Assembly: GCF_006345805.1 (NCBI RefSeq)
Contig: NC_042998.1
Coordinates: 107,446,001-107,510,000, forward strand
Origin: Octopus sinensis
Lineage: Eukaryota
DNA length: 64,000 bases
Reading direction: 5' to 3'
Both the position numbers and the translations under genes were made by a program. Of this stretch, positions 12,968 through 25,660 are shown in pieces. The notes under the pieces were generated by a model. The model made no database searches and was not told the origin of the DNA. It saw nothing but the letters and a program-made list of their open reading frames with translations. Position 1 is the stretch's first letter. Each line of letters begins with the position of its first letter.

Positions 12968-13403
12968 TAAGTGTGATATGGAGTTTTTAATCAACATAGT
13001 CACAACTTGTCATCAGAAGAGTGGTCTCCACAATCTATCTTCTCTACTGATGCTACAATGGTCTTTGTTCATTGTTCTGCTGGACCCATGCAACCTCACC
13101 TTTTGCCATTCATATAGCATATACCCCCCCCCCATATCTGAATGTGAGCTTTCTACAGACTGGTTTTTCTGATTTTTAACAATTTTATGTGCCTCAAATG
13201 GCCCGTGAAGGACACTGGGTACAGCCCCTTCCTTGACACTAATTTTAAAAAAGTTGGAAGTCAGATAAGGTTTACTGAAGAATGAAAGCAAAAGAGATAA
13301 ATTAAACTGTTAGAATGAGAAAAATTTGTATAAAAAGTTGCAAAACTGCTGTAATGTGAATAGCAAAATTAAGAATAAAGTTTATCTAAAAAGAAATAAT
13401 TAC

Positions 13404-13551
13404 TGTGAGGTGGTTCTTCATCCTCAGAAGAAGAAGAGGTTGAACTTTCAACAGTGTCTTCATGAGTCCTATAATGGCGTCGCTGTTGAATACCTAATTT
13501 CACAGGAGAAGCAGCCTTTGCAGATTCATGATTATGACCTTGCTTATTATC
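13404..13551 (-). CDS. SRRM1: SRRM1 exon 10 (DNKQG...IQQRRHYR...SSSSEDEE)
   Basis: ttcatag|...|gtaatt, 148 nt, phase 0/1; resembles SRm160 VQQRRQYRR...SSSSEDE. Confidence 0.9.
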
Positions 13552-15697
13552 CTATGAATAGACAACATGTTATAATGTAAAAACACTTAACATAAACCAA
13601 AACTAAAGTGAAGATAGAGAGAAAGCAAGCATGAGAAACAGAAAAGATACCTATCCAATACATATATACCTTAAAATTCAAATGAGATAATGGCTGCTGT
13701 CAAACTGGTCTCTTTGCAGTCAAAGAAAAATTGTGCTCCCCATTATATAAAGGTAAAGTTAAAATATATTTTGTTCATAAAATTGTATAACAGTATACAT
13801 AAAAAAATTTTGTAACAAAAAAGTAAAGACAAGACATTCAATAAAAATCTCCACAGAAAAAATGTTAAGAAAATTATTTCATGAATATATAAACACTGCT
13901 AAAATAAAAAATATTAAAACCTAAACAAATATAGAATGAACCTGAAAAACAAAATAAAAGCCAATAATTGTATTTCATGGATTGTTTTGTAAAAAAATTT
14001 TTGAAATAATAGTCTAGCCTTTTCTTTAAGAGACAGATAAATAAAACGCTTAAAGAATTTGTAACCAAGGATCTGTTTGAAATATATCTTCTAAAACTGT
14101 CATTATTACTGAATTAAAAATATCTTTGAAATTACAAAAATATTCAATATATTTTCCACATAAAAGCGCTATTATTGCAATTTATATATACAATGTTTAA
14201 TTATTTGAAAGGCTTTAAAATGATACTGAATATTTTCATATTCTCTTTATAAACTTTACTATTAGCATAAAAATGTTGATTAAATTTTAAAATTTTCACA
14301 TTTTATTAATGCTTGAACTGAAACATCTGCTCTCTTGGGCAGACAACTTACAGTGCTAGAGTGATAAAATAGACTGCAAGGGAATATACATTTGTGCTAT
14401 CAAGCCAAAAACAAAAACAGACGAGGTAAATTATTTGGTATGTAACAAACGATTTGTACAAAAAAAAAAAAAAGTTGTAAAGAAGCAGTCATTTCTGTTG
14501 TGGTAATATTAATCAAATCCCAGTATCTTTGTTTTGTATCTTTAAATACACAGCTTTCATACAATATGACCATTAGTTATACTGCTTTTAACAGAGTAAC
14601 AGATTCTTGTCAATTGGAATAAGTAGCCAACCATGTAATAGATTCAAGCTGGATCGATATCACTTCTCTTGCCGAGAAATTCTTCTTAGGTCTGTGAATC
14701 ACCAATGAAGATAATGATGGGACTGACAAAGAAAAAGTTATACAATGCTAAAAATGAAAAATTATATCTTTTCTTTAAAATTCAAAATAATATAGGTAAT
14801 GACATAAACAAGAAAAAAATTATTTATTCAACATCAAAACCCTTAAAGTTCTGGCACAGCAAGTTTGACATTTAAGTTTTCAAGATAATCTTAATATATA
14901 TGCTGAAAAGCACACATGCAAAAAAACAAAGTATTTAAAATGATATAATTGAAAATACTTTAGTAAAAATCATGAAAACAGTTATACACACAGGCCATGA
15001 ATTTATGAACAACTATGGATATATGATCTAGCAACGTGATTGACATCTAAATTGGTAAAAAAAACAAAAAAACTCTCCATTACTATGTAAACTGTCTGAT
15101 TGCACTGACTGCTCTTTATGTTGACTTAGCTCCTGAGTTTGAGCCCCATTACACCCGGGGGGTTTTTTTTTTTGCAGCTCACATGTTCTCATTATTTCTT
15201 GGAAGTACTTTGCATACTAGCTTAGCAATTTTATATTCAACTTGCACACTGCCAATCAAATGCAACAAACCTGTACATAGTATGTATAGAACATGTGCAT
15301 GATCCATTTTCCTGACCATGAAAGAGAGAAAGAATATGTAATGGGACTGAGGAATACAGAAAGATCACTTTTCCAGATGAGTAAGGCAATTATAATTTTG
15401 GGTGATGAAAAGACAATATCGTGTAGATCAAATTTGACCAGAAGTTTTGAGTTTGTTAATTGTTAATTTCTTTATGTACTTTCTAATTATTCCTTTATAT
15501 CTCAATGTCTGATCTAAAACAAACAGGACACAGAAAAGTTAATATGCTGCAGGTCCATTCATAAGAATCGGAAGCCAAAGGGATAAAACTGAGGCCAAAG
15601 AAAGCCACTTGTTTCAGTATTAGAAAAAAAAATTCAAGCTAGAAGGGAATAAAAATCAATAATAAAAAAACCAACATGAAAAACAAGTAGCATTTAA

Positions 15698-15889
15698 CCC
15701 TTTTGATACCAACTCACCTGAGACTGCCTCCTATGTCGATACAAACTTTCCGTTTTAAAGTGATCTAATTAAAACTTTCCATCAAATTTCATATTAAATT
15801 TATGTTTCAATTCAGTCGCTTAATAACAAGTTATTTTGCTGAATTCTTCATTAGCAGAGTATTTTCAGAGAAATATGGTATCAAAAGGG
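15698..15889. mobile_element. piggyBac-like MITE
   Basis: Perfect 13-bp TIR cccttttgatacc / ggtatcaaaaggg; TTAA TSD on both sides. Confidence 0.88.
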
Positions 15890-16683
15890 TTAAACCACCT
15901 ATCTATTACCTACTGTCTACAAAAGATGGAATAGTTAAAATAAAAGAACAGTCAAAAATGTATAATTTACTCATATCCTTTTACTTGTTTCAGTTATTAG
16001 CTTGTGGCCATATTCCATATTTGGAGTAATTACTGTTGACACATCAAACCAAGACGTGATATTTTCCTATTTAGAACTGGCTGATAAATTGCCTTTGTTA
16101 AGCAGAGGGAGGGAAAAGAATAACAAAGTATAACTTGATAAAAATTAATATAAAAGATTATACCTACTGTAAGAAAACCAAAAACAAAATTAGAATGGAG
16201 AAATAGGCATGAGGTTTTGGATCTTGTCTGTAGGGCTTGTTACTATTTTCCAGAAATTCAACATAAACTTAAACTAAGAAACTATTGCCAGGCAAATTTC
16301 TGAAGTTTAGCAGTTATTTTGAATTTTTCAATTAGAAATAGATACTCTTACAAAATTGGCACAATACATTATATAAGCTATTACTACTACACTGAATGTA
16401 TGTCAGGTCCCATTGCCTGTCACCTTAGCCAAGTACCTTCTACTATAGCCCCCACTGGCTGCCCAAATACTTGGACATAGATTTGGCATACAGAAATTGA
16501 AGCTCATAATGTGCATACAAGTATGTGTGTGCCTGTATGCATGCATTAGTTTGTAAACAGTAGCTTCTTGCCAGTGTCATATCTACAAAAGGATCATAGA
16601 AAAACTCTGCCATGACATTCTCTCGTCTTACCCAAGCAAACATGGAGAAGTAGACATTAAAATGGTGATGAAGATGATATGTA

Positions 16684-17853
16684 TTGGGTTGGCAACTAAG
16701 TTCCCGCCGTTTTTTAAAATTTTGGAATGTATTTTGTTTCTTTTCTAGTTAATTTTACTTAATTTTTGTTTATTTTCAGATCATTAAAATGGAATGTCAA
16801 GTTAAGAAAAACGAGCATTTTCGACACCCACCTTTTTGCTTTTAATCAAGGTTCTAAGGCTGCAAAAGCTGCTCACGACATTGGTGCTGTGTAAGGAGGT
16901 GTCATAGCTGAAAGAACCACTCGTGATTGGTATGCCAAGTTAAAAAATGGAAACTTTGACCTCAAAGACTCACCTCGTTCTGGCTGTCCAGTTGAGTTCG
17001 ATGAAGAGCGATTAAACCAACTTTTGCACGAAAATTCTCGTCAAACGACAAGAGAACTGGCAGAGAAAATGGAATGTTCCCACAATGCTATAGAGAAGCA
17101 TCTTCACTCGATGGGAAAGGTTCAGAAGTATGGAGCATAGGTTCCACATGCTTCAAGTGACAACAACAAAAATCAATGAGTAACAATTTCCACTGGTTTG
17201 CTTGCTTGTCACCGCTCAACACATGGACATGCAACAATTTCTTTACCGAATCGTTACTGGCGATGAAAAATGGTACCTGTACTTCAATATGAAGCAGCAT
17301 AAGGAATAGCTTAGCCCCGGTAAACAAGTGACACTGTGCATGAAAAAAGATCTTCATCCGTGTAAAACGATGCTCTGCATGTAGTGGGACTGGGAAGGAA
17401 TTATCCATTACAAATTGCCTGAACAGAACCAAACAGTCAACACGGCTATTCAGGAGAAAAGACCTAATCGGCAGCATGGAGTTCTTCTGCTGCACGACAA
17501 CGCACACACTCATATTGCCAATATGACCAAGGAAGCCATTCAAACGCATGGCTGGGAAGTGCTGCCACACCCGCTGTACTCTCCTGATTTGGCACCAACG
17601 GATTTCCACCTCTTTTGATCTCTTTCAAATGCTATGCACAGAATTTCGTTCAATACTGATGCAGAATTGAAAGCTTGATCGGATCAATTTTTCGAGTCAA
17701 AATCGGGTGAATTCTACCAACGAGGTATTGAAAATCTTGTAGAATGTTGGGAAGAAGTTGTAAACAACAAGAGTGAATACATTATTGATTAATTAGTTGT
17801 TATTTTTTATTAAACCTTTTAAAAAAGCAGTGGGAACTCAGTTGCCAACCCAA
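16684..17853 (+). mobile_element. Near full-length defective mariner (DD34D)
   Basis: TIRs ttgggttggcaactaagttccc / gggaactcagttgccaacccaa with TA TSDs; transposase ATG 16789 to stop ~17792 with TGDEKW, HDNA and YSPDLAPTD (34-aa spacing); several stops and an internal deletion. Confidence 0.95.
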
Positions 17854-20800
17854 TATATATAATCACCTAAAACTTGTCTTCCATGCTGGGATGGGCTGGA
17901 GAGTTTGACAGGATCTGATGAATCAGAAAACTACACCTTAGTTTCTACAGTTAGATGCCATTCCTAAGGCCAACCACTTTACAGAGTGAACAGGGCGCTT
18001 TTTTCATGGAACCAGCACTAGTGAGTTTGCCATGTAACACACACACACACACATCACCTGCCTTCAATATATTTAAATATTTAGCTTTTTTCCAATGAAT
18101 ATAAGAGTTATATATATATATATATTTATTACATGTTTCATTGAGGCTACCAGTGGTATAGAGAGAGAACCAACTAGTTGGAAACAGAAAATAAGTTCCT
18201 AAACTTCTTCCACTCACTTTTTTATTTTAGCTTCTATATTATAATTTCAATGCAAGTAGATTTAGGTAACAGGAATTAAAAACTCTTTGCAAACAATGAG
18301 AGAAATCTAGAGACTTCATCCCGCAGATGATCCTATAGTTAATAAGTCCTGAAATACCACAACTCACATCCCAATGTGGTCACTAAATATACTGATTTCC
18401 TAGCTAATTCTATCATATACACTCAATGAGATCACTCCATAAATGATACAAGATTATTTTTTGTTCTATTACTATTAAAAACATTGGCCTTAGGTATGTT
18501 GACTGTCACAGCATTATACCACACTCACGTATTATGTATTGTAACACAAATATGCTTTTGGAAAAGCAGTAATAATCAGAATCCATTGACAACAGCCTTG
18601 TAAACAAAGTCTATCAATAACCACAAAACATAATCAGAAGTACTATACAAATTGCATTTTTAAAAAATGATGCTCTCTATATGAATGACATCAACCAGCT
18701 CCAATGGCAAATTTTCTCTTAGGATGTTGAAACTACTGAGAGACGACATCTCTCAATTTTGCTCTAGGCAACATTTTTGACATTGGTGACACTGAAAATG
18801 AGGGTGAAGAGAACAAAGAAAAAACTCAGACCTATCCCTAAAACGTTTGGAAAAAGTAACAGTAACATGTGTGCATACAAACATAGAGGGAATACTGAGA
18901 GATAAAGCAATACCAAAAAGTTATCTAATGAGCAGTTTGGAGAGATAAATACAAGTAAGGAGGAGCAACTCATATCTAGGCAACAGAAAGTTGAAGTGAT
19001 CTATCTCAATGCCACCAACTATACAACAAATATATAAATAGAGTAGAGTTTTACCAACCAGGTCATGCATCATCTACTTACACTCACTATGACTGATCAG
19101 CAAAATCTAACCTATTTTAGCCCTGTACCATTAAGAGACAACTATAAAAGTCTACATGCTTTTACTCACTTTAACAGACCACACACACACACACACACAT
19201 TACAACCAGATTGACCTGACTTTTCTACAGTAAATATAACTGATTAGTTACGTTCTACTTCTTCCTAGATTCATTCAATAAGCATGTCTCACCTCTATTC
19301 CAAAGGTTTCAGGAACTTCTACCTGCTCACTTTCCTCTATATATACAAACAAACTCACCTGCATGGAAAACTGAAAATACTCAGGAGTACATTGCCTCAT
19401 ACTTAGACTAAAGTAAACAAGCTCAATACTGATAACATCTTTTAGGCATGAATATTCAAATGCATTTATGCTCATTCACACAAAACTAATTGTCTTATAC
19501 AACAACCCTTCAACTATCCCAATCATTCTGAAATGACAAAGTGAAAACTTAGTTAACTCCTCCTTCCTTAACTGAACACACCTCTCTGCATAAAAATCAA
19601 ACTGGTTAACAAACGGACTCTCAAACCATGTTGTATCTAACCAAACATACATAAAATTATCTATACTATCATGCAAACAGTAAAGAATGACTAAAAAAAT
19701 GCAACATAGACGAGCACATATTTAATAAAAAGACAACACATAAACATATATTTTACTCTTTTCTCCAGGGTACATGAAATCTAATTGTTTCAATGTACTC
19801 ACACAGCAAGCATTTGCTGATACAATTGATTAACTATATTGGTGAAAATTTATTTAAAAAATTACACAAAAGCAACTTACCTTAATAATCTGTTATTATG
19901 ATAATCTGTGAGCAAACATCCAGCAGTGACAAGTTTTCAATCTTTCTGAAACTGTCCTGGTTTTAACATAAATTGGCCTCCAGTTTCCGTTTTTGGAGAG
20001 GTTTCAACACTGGATGTGTGCTTCCAAAAATAGAATAACTTCAACAAATCAGCAGTGTCTCTGTTTGGTTTCCAGTAAAAAAGAAATAGACTAACTTAGG
20101 GTGAAATGCCAAAAAAGCTAATAATATTGTAGCATTAATCACTGCATTGTTTAGCAGACAAGAGAATAGTACTGATAAATTAGATTAATTGTATCTTGCA
20201 GTCTTAATTAAATCCTACTCTAATATTAATTAACCTCTAATACAAGGAAACTGTCTAACCATTGTTATTAAAAAAACTAATTAAGTGACCTTAAAACCAA
20301 AAATTGATCAGCCGAAAAACAGTAAATTGCTGCTTTCTTTTTATTAAAGAAATCCAAAATTTCAACATCAAAAGTAGTCACAAGCTTAATTTGCATTCTC
20401 CTACACATAACAAGAACTTCCATAAGAGATGGCAAGTACAAGAGAATTTTGGATTTAAATTGAACTAAAGAAATATACATTAAAAAATATTCTAGTCAGG
20501 CTTCCAATAAAATAACAAACAAAACAAAAACAAACCATTCAAAATATTTTCTTATTTTCCTTTTTTCTCCATCTAAAATGATTAGGATTTCAACACAAAA
20601 AACATTTAAATGTCTCACCTGTCCAAAAAACACTAAATATATCACAATAAGAACAAATATATAACAAACATACACCTTCAAAGAGCTAAACTTAGAGAGT
20701 ATTTGCAAGAAAGCATCATTCAGTTTCGTTGTCATTGCTTTATGAAGCATTTATTTTTTTCTGCATATTTTCCAAATCCAGTTTTTTTTTTGTTTCCAAT

Positions 20801-21683
20801 TTCATGTCTACAAAACAACGCTTTTCTTATATCTACTTCCATCAGTATGATGTTATTTCAATAAGGTGGTAACCAATAATCTCACTTGTTTGTTATTCAT
20901 GTTCTCCACTCACCTGTCCTGGAAGCTGCATTATGAACATTCAGAACTGGGTCTAAAACGACTGGATCACTCTGCTCTACCCTACTCTCATTTAGGTTGG
21001 AACTCTACTTGTCCAACTCGAATTAAAACCACAGCTACTTAACATGAAGTAGTTTATTGTGCATTGACAAAGTACTTCTTCAAACTTCTATTCCATTTCT
21101 CTACAAAACAAGACAACTGATCAACTACCTAGGTATATTTATTTTCATTCCCACTAATTTCACTTACCCGCTGAAATTAGTTTTGTTTTAATAAAACTGG
21201 AAAGCTAATTTTATTCAGACTAGAATTTATAGAGCAGCAACAAAAGTGGGTAACTAGATCCGTCAATTTTCATTGAAAATGAACCTAGCGTATTGTTTCT
21301 GAGTATTCACTTGCACAAAATGTTGTTACACCTTGTTTAGAAATTCTTATGAAGATAGGCCTGGAAAAAGATTTCATTATCATGTAAAGGGACATGCAAT
21401 GTTAAATAAATTTAATTCATTTATAAAGGAAATTGAAATCAATTTGGAGTATTCAAATTAACTGTAGGGAAATAATCATGATAAAAAGAAACATTTCTGT
21501 CTAGATCATCAGCACAATACCAAGATGTTACATATTTAACTGTACCAACAATCCCAGTGACAAGCAGCCATTAAATAATTCTATAAAGCTAAGAGTAAAG
21601 ACGATGGAATTATACTCAAAATAAATACAATCCAAATTTATGTTTGAGAGGAAAAGTGAGTTTCTTAACACTCTTAGCTAAAC

Positions 21684-21717
<34 letters not shown>

Positions 21718-22033
21718 TACATATATATATACATACATACATATATATATAATGTAATTGTCATTGTTAAAAAGTTACAATATTCTAACAATGATTTTTT
21801 TTTTTGATAATATTTTCCATCATCTTTGCTTTTCAGAGAAATTTGAAATTAATAAAATCTGGAAACACAAAAAAATAATAATCTAACTGATTGAAACTAT
21901 CTAGTGAAAAGACAAAATCACTTAGTCTATGATTTAATTGTATACAAACATTTTTCCTTTAATTGAAGTTAAAAAGCCTGGGTCAATAACTGGAGAAACT
22001 ATCATACAAGCCTGTTTCAACCAAATTACTTAC

Positions 22034-22133
22034 CCTTCTGGAATTTTCAGTAGTGCGCTTCGATTTACCAGCTGAACTTGAACTTGATGAAGACTCAGAT
22101 GAACTACTGGAAACAGAACTGGAGCTTGGAGAT
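22034..22133 (-). CDS. SRRM1: SRRM1 exon 9 (poly-Ser, SPSSSSVSSSSSESSSSSSSAGKSKR)
   Basis: ttactag|...|gtaagt, 100 nt, phase 2/0. Confidence 0.88.
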
Positions 22134-22779
22134 CTAGTAAGTAAAATATTGTTTGTGATGTAGATTTTACATTATTTTAGGGTAGATGAAAGGGAAAATA
22201 ATAATGCTGTTATCATTAAAAAAAGGAAAGGCATCTAAAACTACATCACAGACTTAATACACCTACTTCATGGAACTTGCTGCCAAGAAAATGATAATGA
22301 TGACAACTTGTTTAATTATTGAGGACCTAATTACTTATGAAGTATCATGCAGTAAAAGAAATTTTAACTTTATTAGAACATATATGATTTTAAGCTTTGT
22401 TACAAATAAGCTGGCCCACCTTGGATGCTTGCTTTATGGAATAAGAGTACCACTAAAGTGGCCAAGATTTTTTTTTATGGTAACTTCTTCAGAGTTCTAT
22501 TGCTTAAAACATGAAAGATTATGATTTTAGGTGGAGGAAAAAGTTTTGTTTTCTTTTTTTAAATTTAAATACTGGGCCCTTTCAGATAACTATCTGTGAT
22601 TTTTTTCTGTATTTTCCTTTTTATTTGCCTGTTGAAACAACAGAGCTTATGATTCTGCAGAATATTCTTTTCAAATTTAAAAGTCAAAAACAAACAAGTG
22701 ATGCATAATCATGTTGTATATAGAAAGCTATAGCAGTATCATTTTAAACTGCCATGAAGACAAAGATGCCTTCGAGAGA

Positions 22780-24040
22780 AGCAACTACAGAGGAATTAAA
22801 CTACTGGATCAGACTAAAGGTCACAAAAAGAGTCTGAACACGATCTGTGAGTAGACCTAGCGGAGATGTAGTTTAGCTTTGTACTAAGAAGAGATCACAC
22901 AGATACCATCTTCCTAATGAAAGAATTGCAGAAGAAACACTCGGCTAAGAATAAATTGCTATTCTTGATTTTCTCTGATCTGGAAAAGCCATATGACAGA
23001 GTACCATGTTCAGTAGTTTGGTGGTTTAGATGAATGGCTTGTGAAGGATGTACAAGCTATGTACAAAGACACAGTAAGCAGAGTGAGATGACAACTATTT
23101 CAGTGACAAATTTAGCATGAAGGTAGTTCACCAAGGGCCAGTCCTCTCCTATTCATAAATCCTACAGGCTCTTACAGATGAGTTTTAAGACTGAATAACC
23201 ATGGAAACTCCTATATACTCTTGATCTAGTTCTTACAGCTGAATCTATAGGGGAATTAGAAGAAATTCCAGACATGGACACTGAACCTAAAATCAAGAGA
23301 CCTCGAAGTAAACTTAGTAAAAACTAAGGTTTTTAGTAAGTAAGAAAAAAGACATGACCTTGGCATCTTCAAGATAGTGGCCTTGCTTGATATATTTACG
23401 AAAAGAGGTATTAACTCCATACATTATACCCAATGAAAGCTATGGTTAAATAAGTAGTGTAGAGAAATCACAAGTGCAAACAAGGAAAGTAAGCTTCAGA
23501 TGTGATTGATGCACTGAAGTAGTATGTACTATAATCATCAGAATTAGATTCTCTTAAATGCCTGGATGGCTCACTAAAAGTAGTTGACAGCTTTTGTTAC
23601 CGAAGGGATATAATTAGCATGGGAGGTGGTTGTATTTCTCAAAAGTATAGTAGCCAGACTAAGAAAAGACTGGAAAAACTTCAAAGAGAATATTTCACTA
23701 CTGACAATAAAGGTCTTTTCCCCCAAGTAAAATGCAGATTGTATGATGCTTGAGTTAGAAATGTGATGCAACATGATAGTGAGATGTGGGCTTTTAATGC
23801 AGAAGACTGAAATGAAATAAAGTGAGCATGCTCAACTGGTTGTGCAATGTAAATGTGCACAAAGACATAATACAAATGTGCTGAGAGAAAAACAGGGAGT
23901 AAGAGGAATCAGATGTAGTGTGCAAGAAAGAAGACTGAGCTGGCATGGTCATGTGATGCAAATTGTAGAATAGCGAGGTCGAACTGCTGATTGCAGTTCC
24001 TTGAATCTCACGAAGGATTCGACAAGAGACTGAGTTGAAT
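22780..24040 (+). mobile_element. Decayed RTE-clade LINE reverse transcriptase
   Basis: DLEKAYDRVP, EWLVK.VQAMYKD and QERRL.WHGHV motifs; same family as the copies at 48.7 and 62.6 kb. Confidence 0.8.
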
Positions 24041-24098
24041 AGCAATATCCAGTTCTTGAATATAAATATATATATACATACATACACACACACACATA

Positions 24099-25563
24099 CA
24101 CCCAGAACCACATTAATAGCTTAGGAGTGAAATTGGATTTCTTGGTTTCCTGTGAGTTGATTTTGATAAAACTTTTCCTAGCTAGTCTGCACACTATGGC
24201 AACACTATCGGCGTTTCCATTATTCAGTGTAACATCCTTTCCTTTTTCTATTTCAGATTCTTCAGTTTTTGGGTGAGCCTCCTAAGAATAATGGGTCATA
24301 GAAAAGGACTTAACAATGAAGTCTGTCATCATCATGCAAAGTGCTAGAGGCATTTTTCTTCATGTCATTGCATAGAAGTTAGGTCATCATGTGGACACAG
24401 TTAAATGGTTCCTGACGGACCCTTCTGTAAGGAAGAAACGATCTGACTGTGACAGCTTGGGATTTAAGGAATATTGGCTGCAGATTATGTGGGAAACCCG
24501 GACAAACAAGCAAAGCCATTTTCACTGCCTCTGCGTTTCTTTGTGTGCCAAAAACCACTAGAAATTGTATCCTTGGAACCATGGCTTCTGTGCAAGGACC
24601 TCTGAAACTGCCTCCTTTAATGCCCTGTCACAGGAGTTTGAGGCTTCAATGGGCCCAAAGGATCATAATGTTAGACAGGAGTTGTGTTCAGCTCACTGAT
24701 GAAACCAAGGCAACTCTTGATGGACCTAATGGTTGGACCTATTTTGGAGATAAGCGTCACCAACGTTTACAACATCAACAACAGAGCGGAGTCGTGTTGT
24801 CAGTTGGTATCATTGGGGACAGACTTGTTGGCCCAATCAGGGTGCTGGAAAGGGTTAAAGCGACCATAGCCACCCATTGCAATCTCCTGAAGGAGGTCTT
24901 AGATCCCTGGCTAGATGACATACCGCTGTCACTTCTAAGGAATCTCATATTTATGTATGACAACACTCCTTTCCATTCTGCTAGGACCACCCAAACATTA
25001 CTAGGGTCTTACAGCATACAAGGTGTAAGGTTGATAGTGTGGTTGCCAGCATTTCCAGACCTCAACCCTATTGAAAATCTTTGGACAATTATTAAACAAG
25101 ATGTTTATGCTGATGGACACCAATTTATGTTAAAAGATGTCCTATGGGCGACCATCAAAGCTGCAGCAGAGGATGTAATGGACAGATTCCATGACTAATA
25201 GGGTTTTTGAAGTTATCCACTGAAATGGTGGTCATGTGGCTAAATAATTCATTATGTCAATAAATGTTATAATATTATCAAGGTTTTCTGTTCAATATAT
25301 ACTCAATGTATGCTTAATATGTATCATTACTCTCCATGTTCCGAAAAAAAAAAAAAGAAGTCTAGATGGGCTATTATCACTCAAAAGCTATTAGCGTGGT
25401 TCATTCAAAAACTGAGAATCTGAAATAAAAAAAAGACAGGACGTTACACAGAATAATGAAAACATAACAATGGTGTTGCCATAGTGTGCAAAGCAATTGA
25501 GAAAAGTTTTTATTATAACAGGTAAATCCTAAATTTCACTCCTAAGCTATTAGTGTGGTTTTT

Positions 25564-25567
<4 letters not shown>
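24099..25567 (+). mobile_element. Tc1-superfamily TRT-type (DD37E) transposon relic with ~190-bp TIRs
   Basis: ORF 24449..25198 has TDETKATLDGPNGW, YDN and PDLNPIENLW, with 37 aa between the second D and E; 24099-24285 is inversely repeated at ~25390-25567. Confidence 0.88.
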
Positions 25568-25653
<86 letters not shown>

Positions 25654-25660
25654 CGTGTGC
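25568..25660. repeat. (TG)n(TA)n microsatellite
   Basis: Directly visible. Confidence 0.95.
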
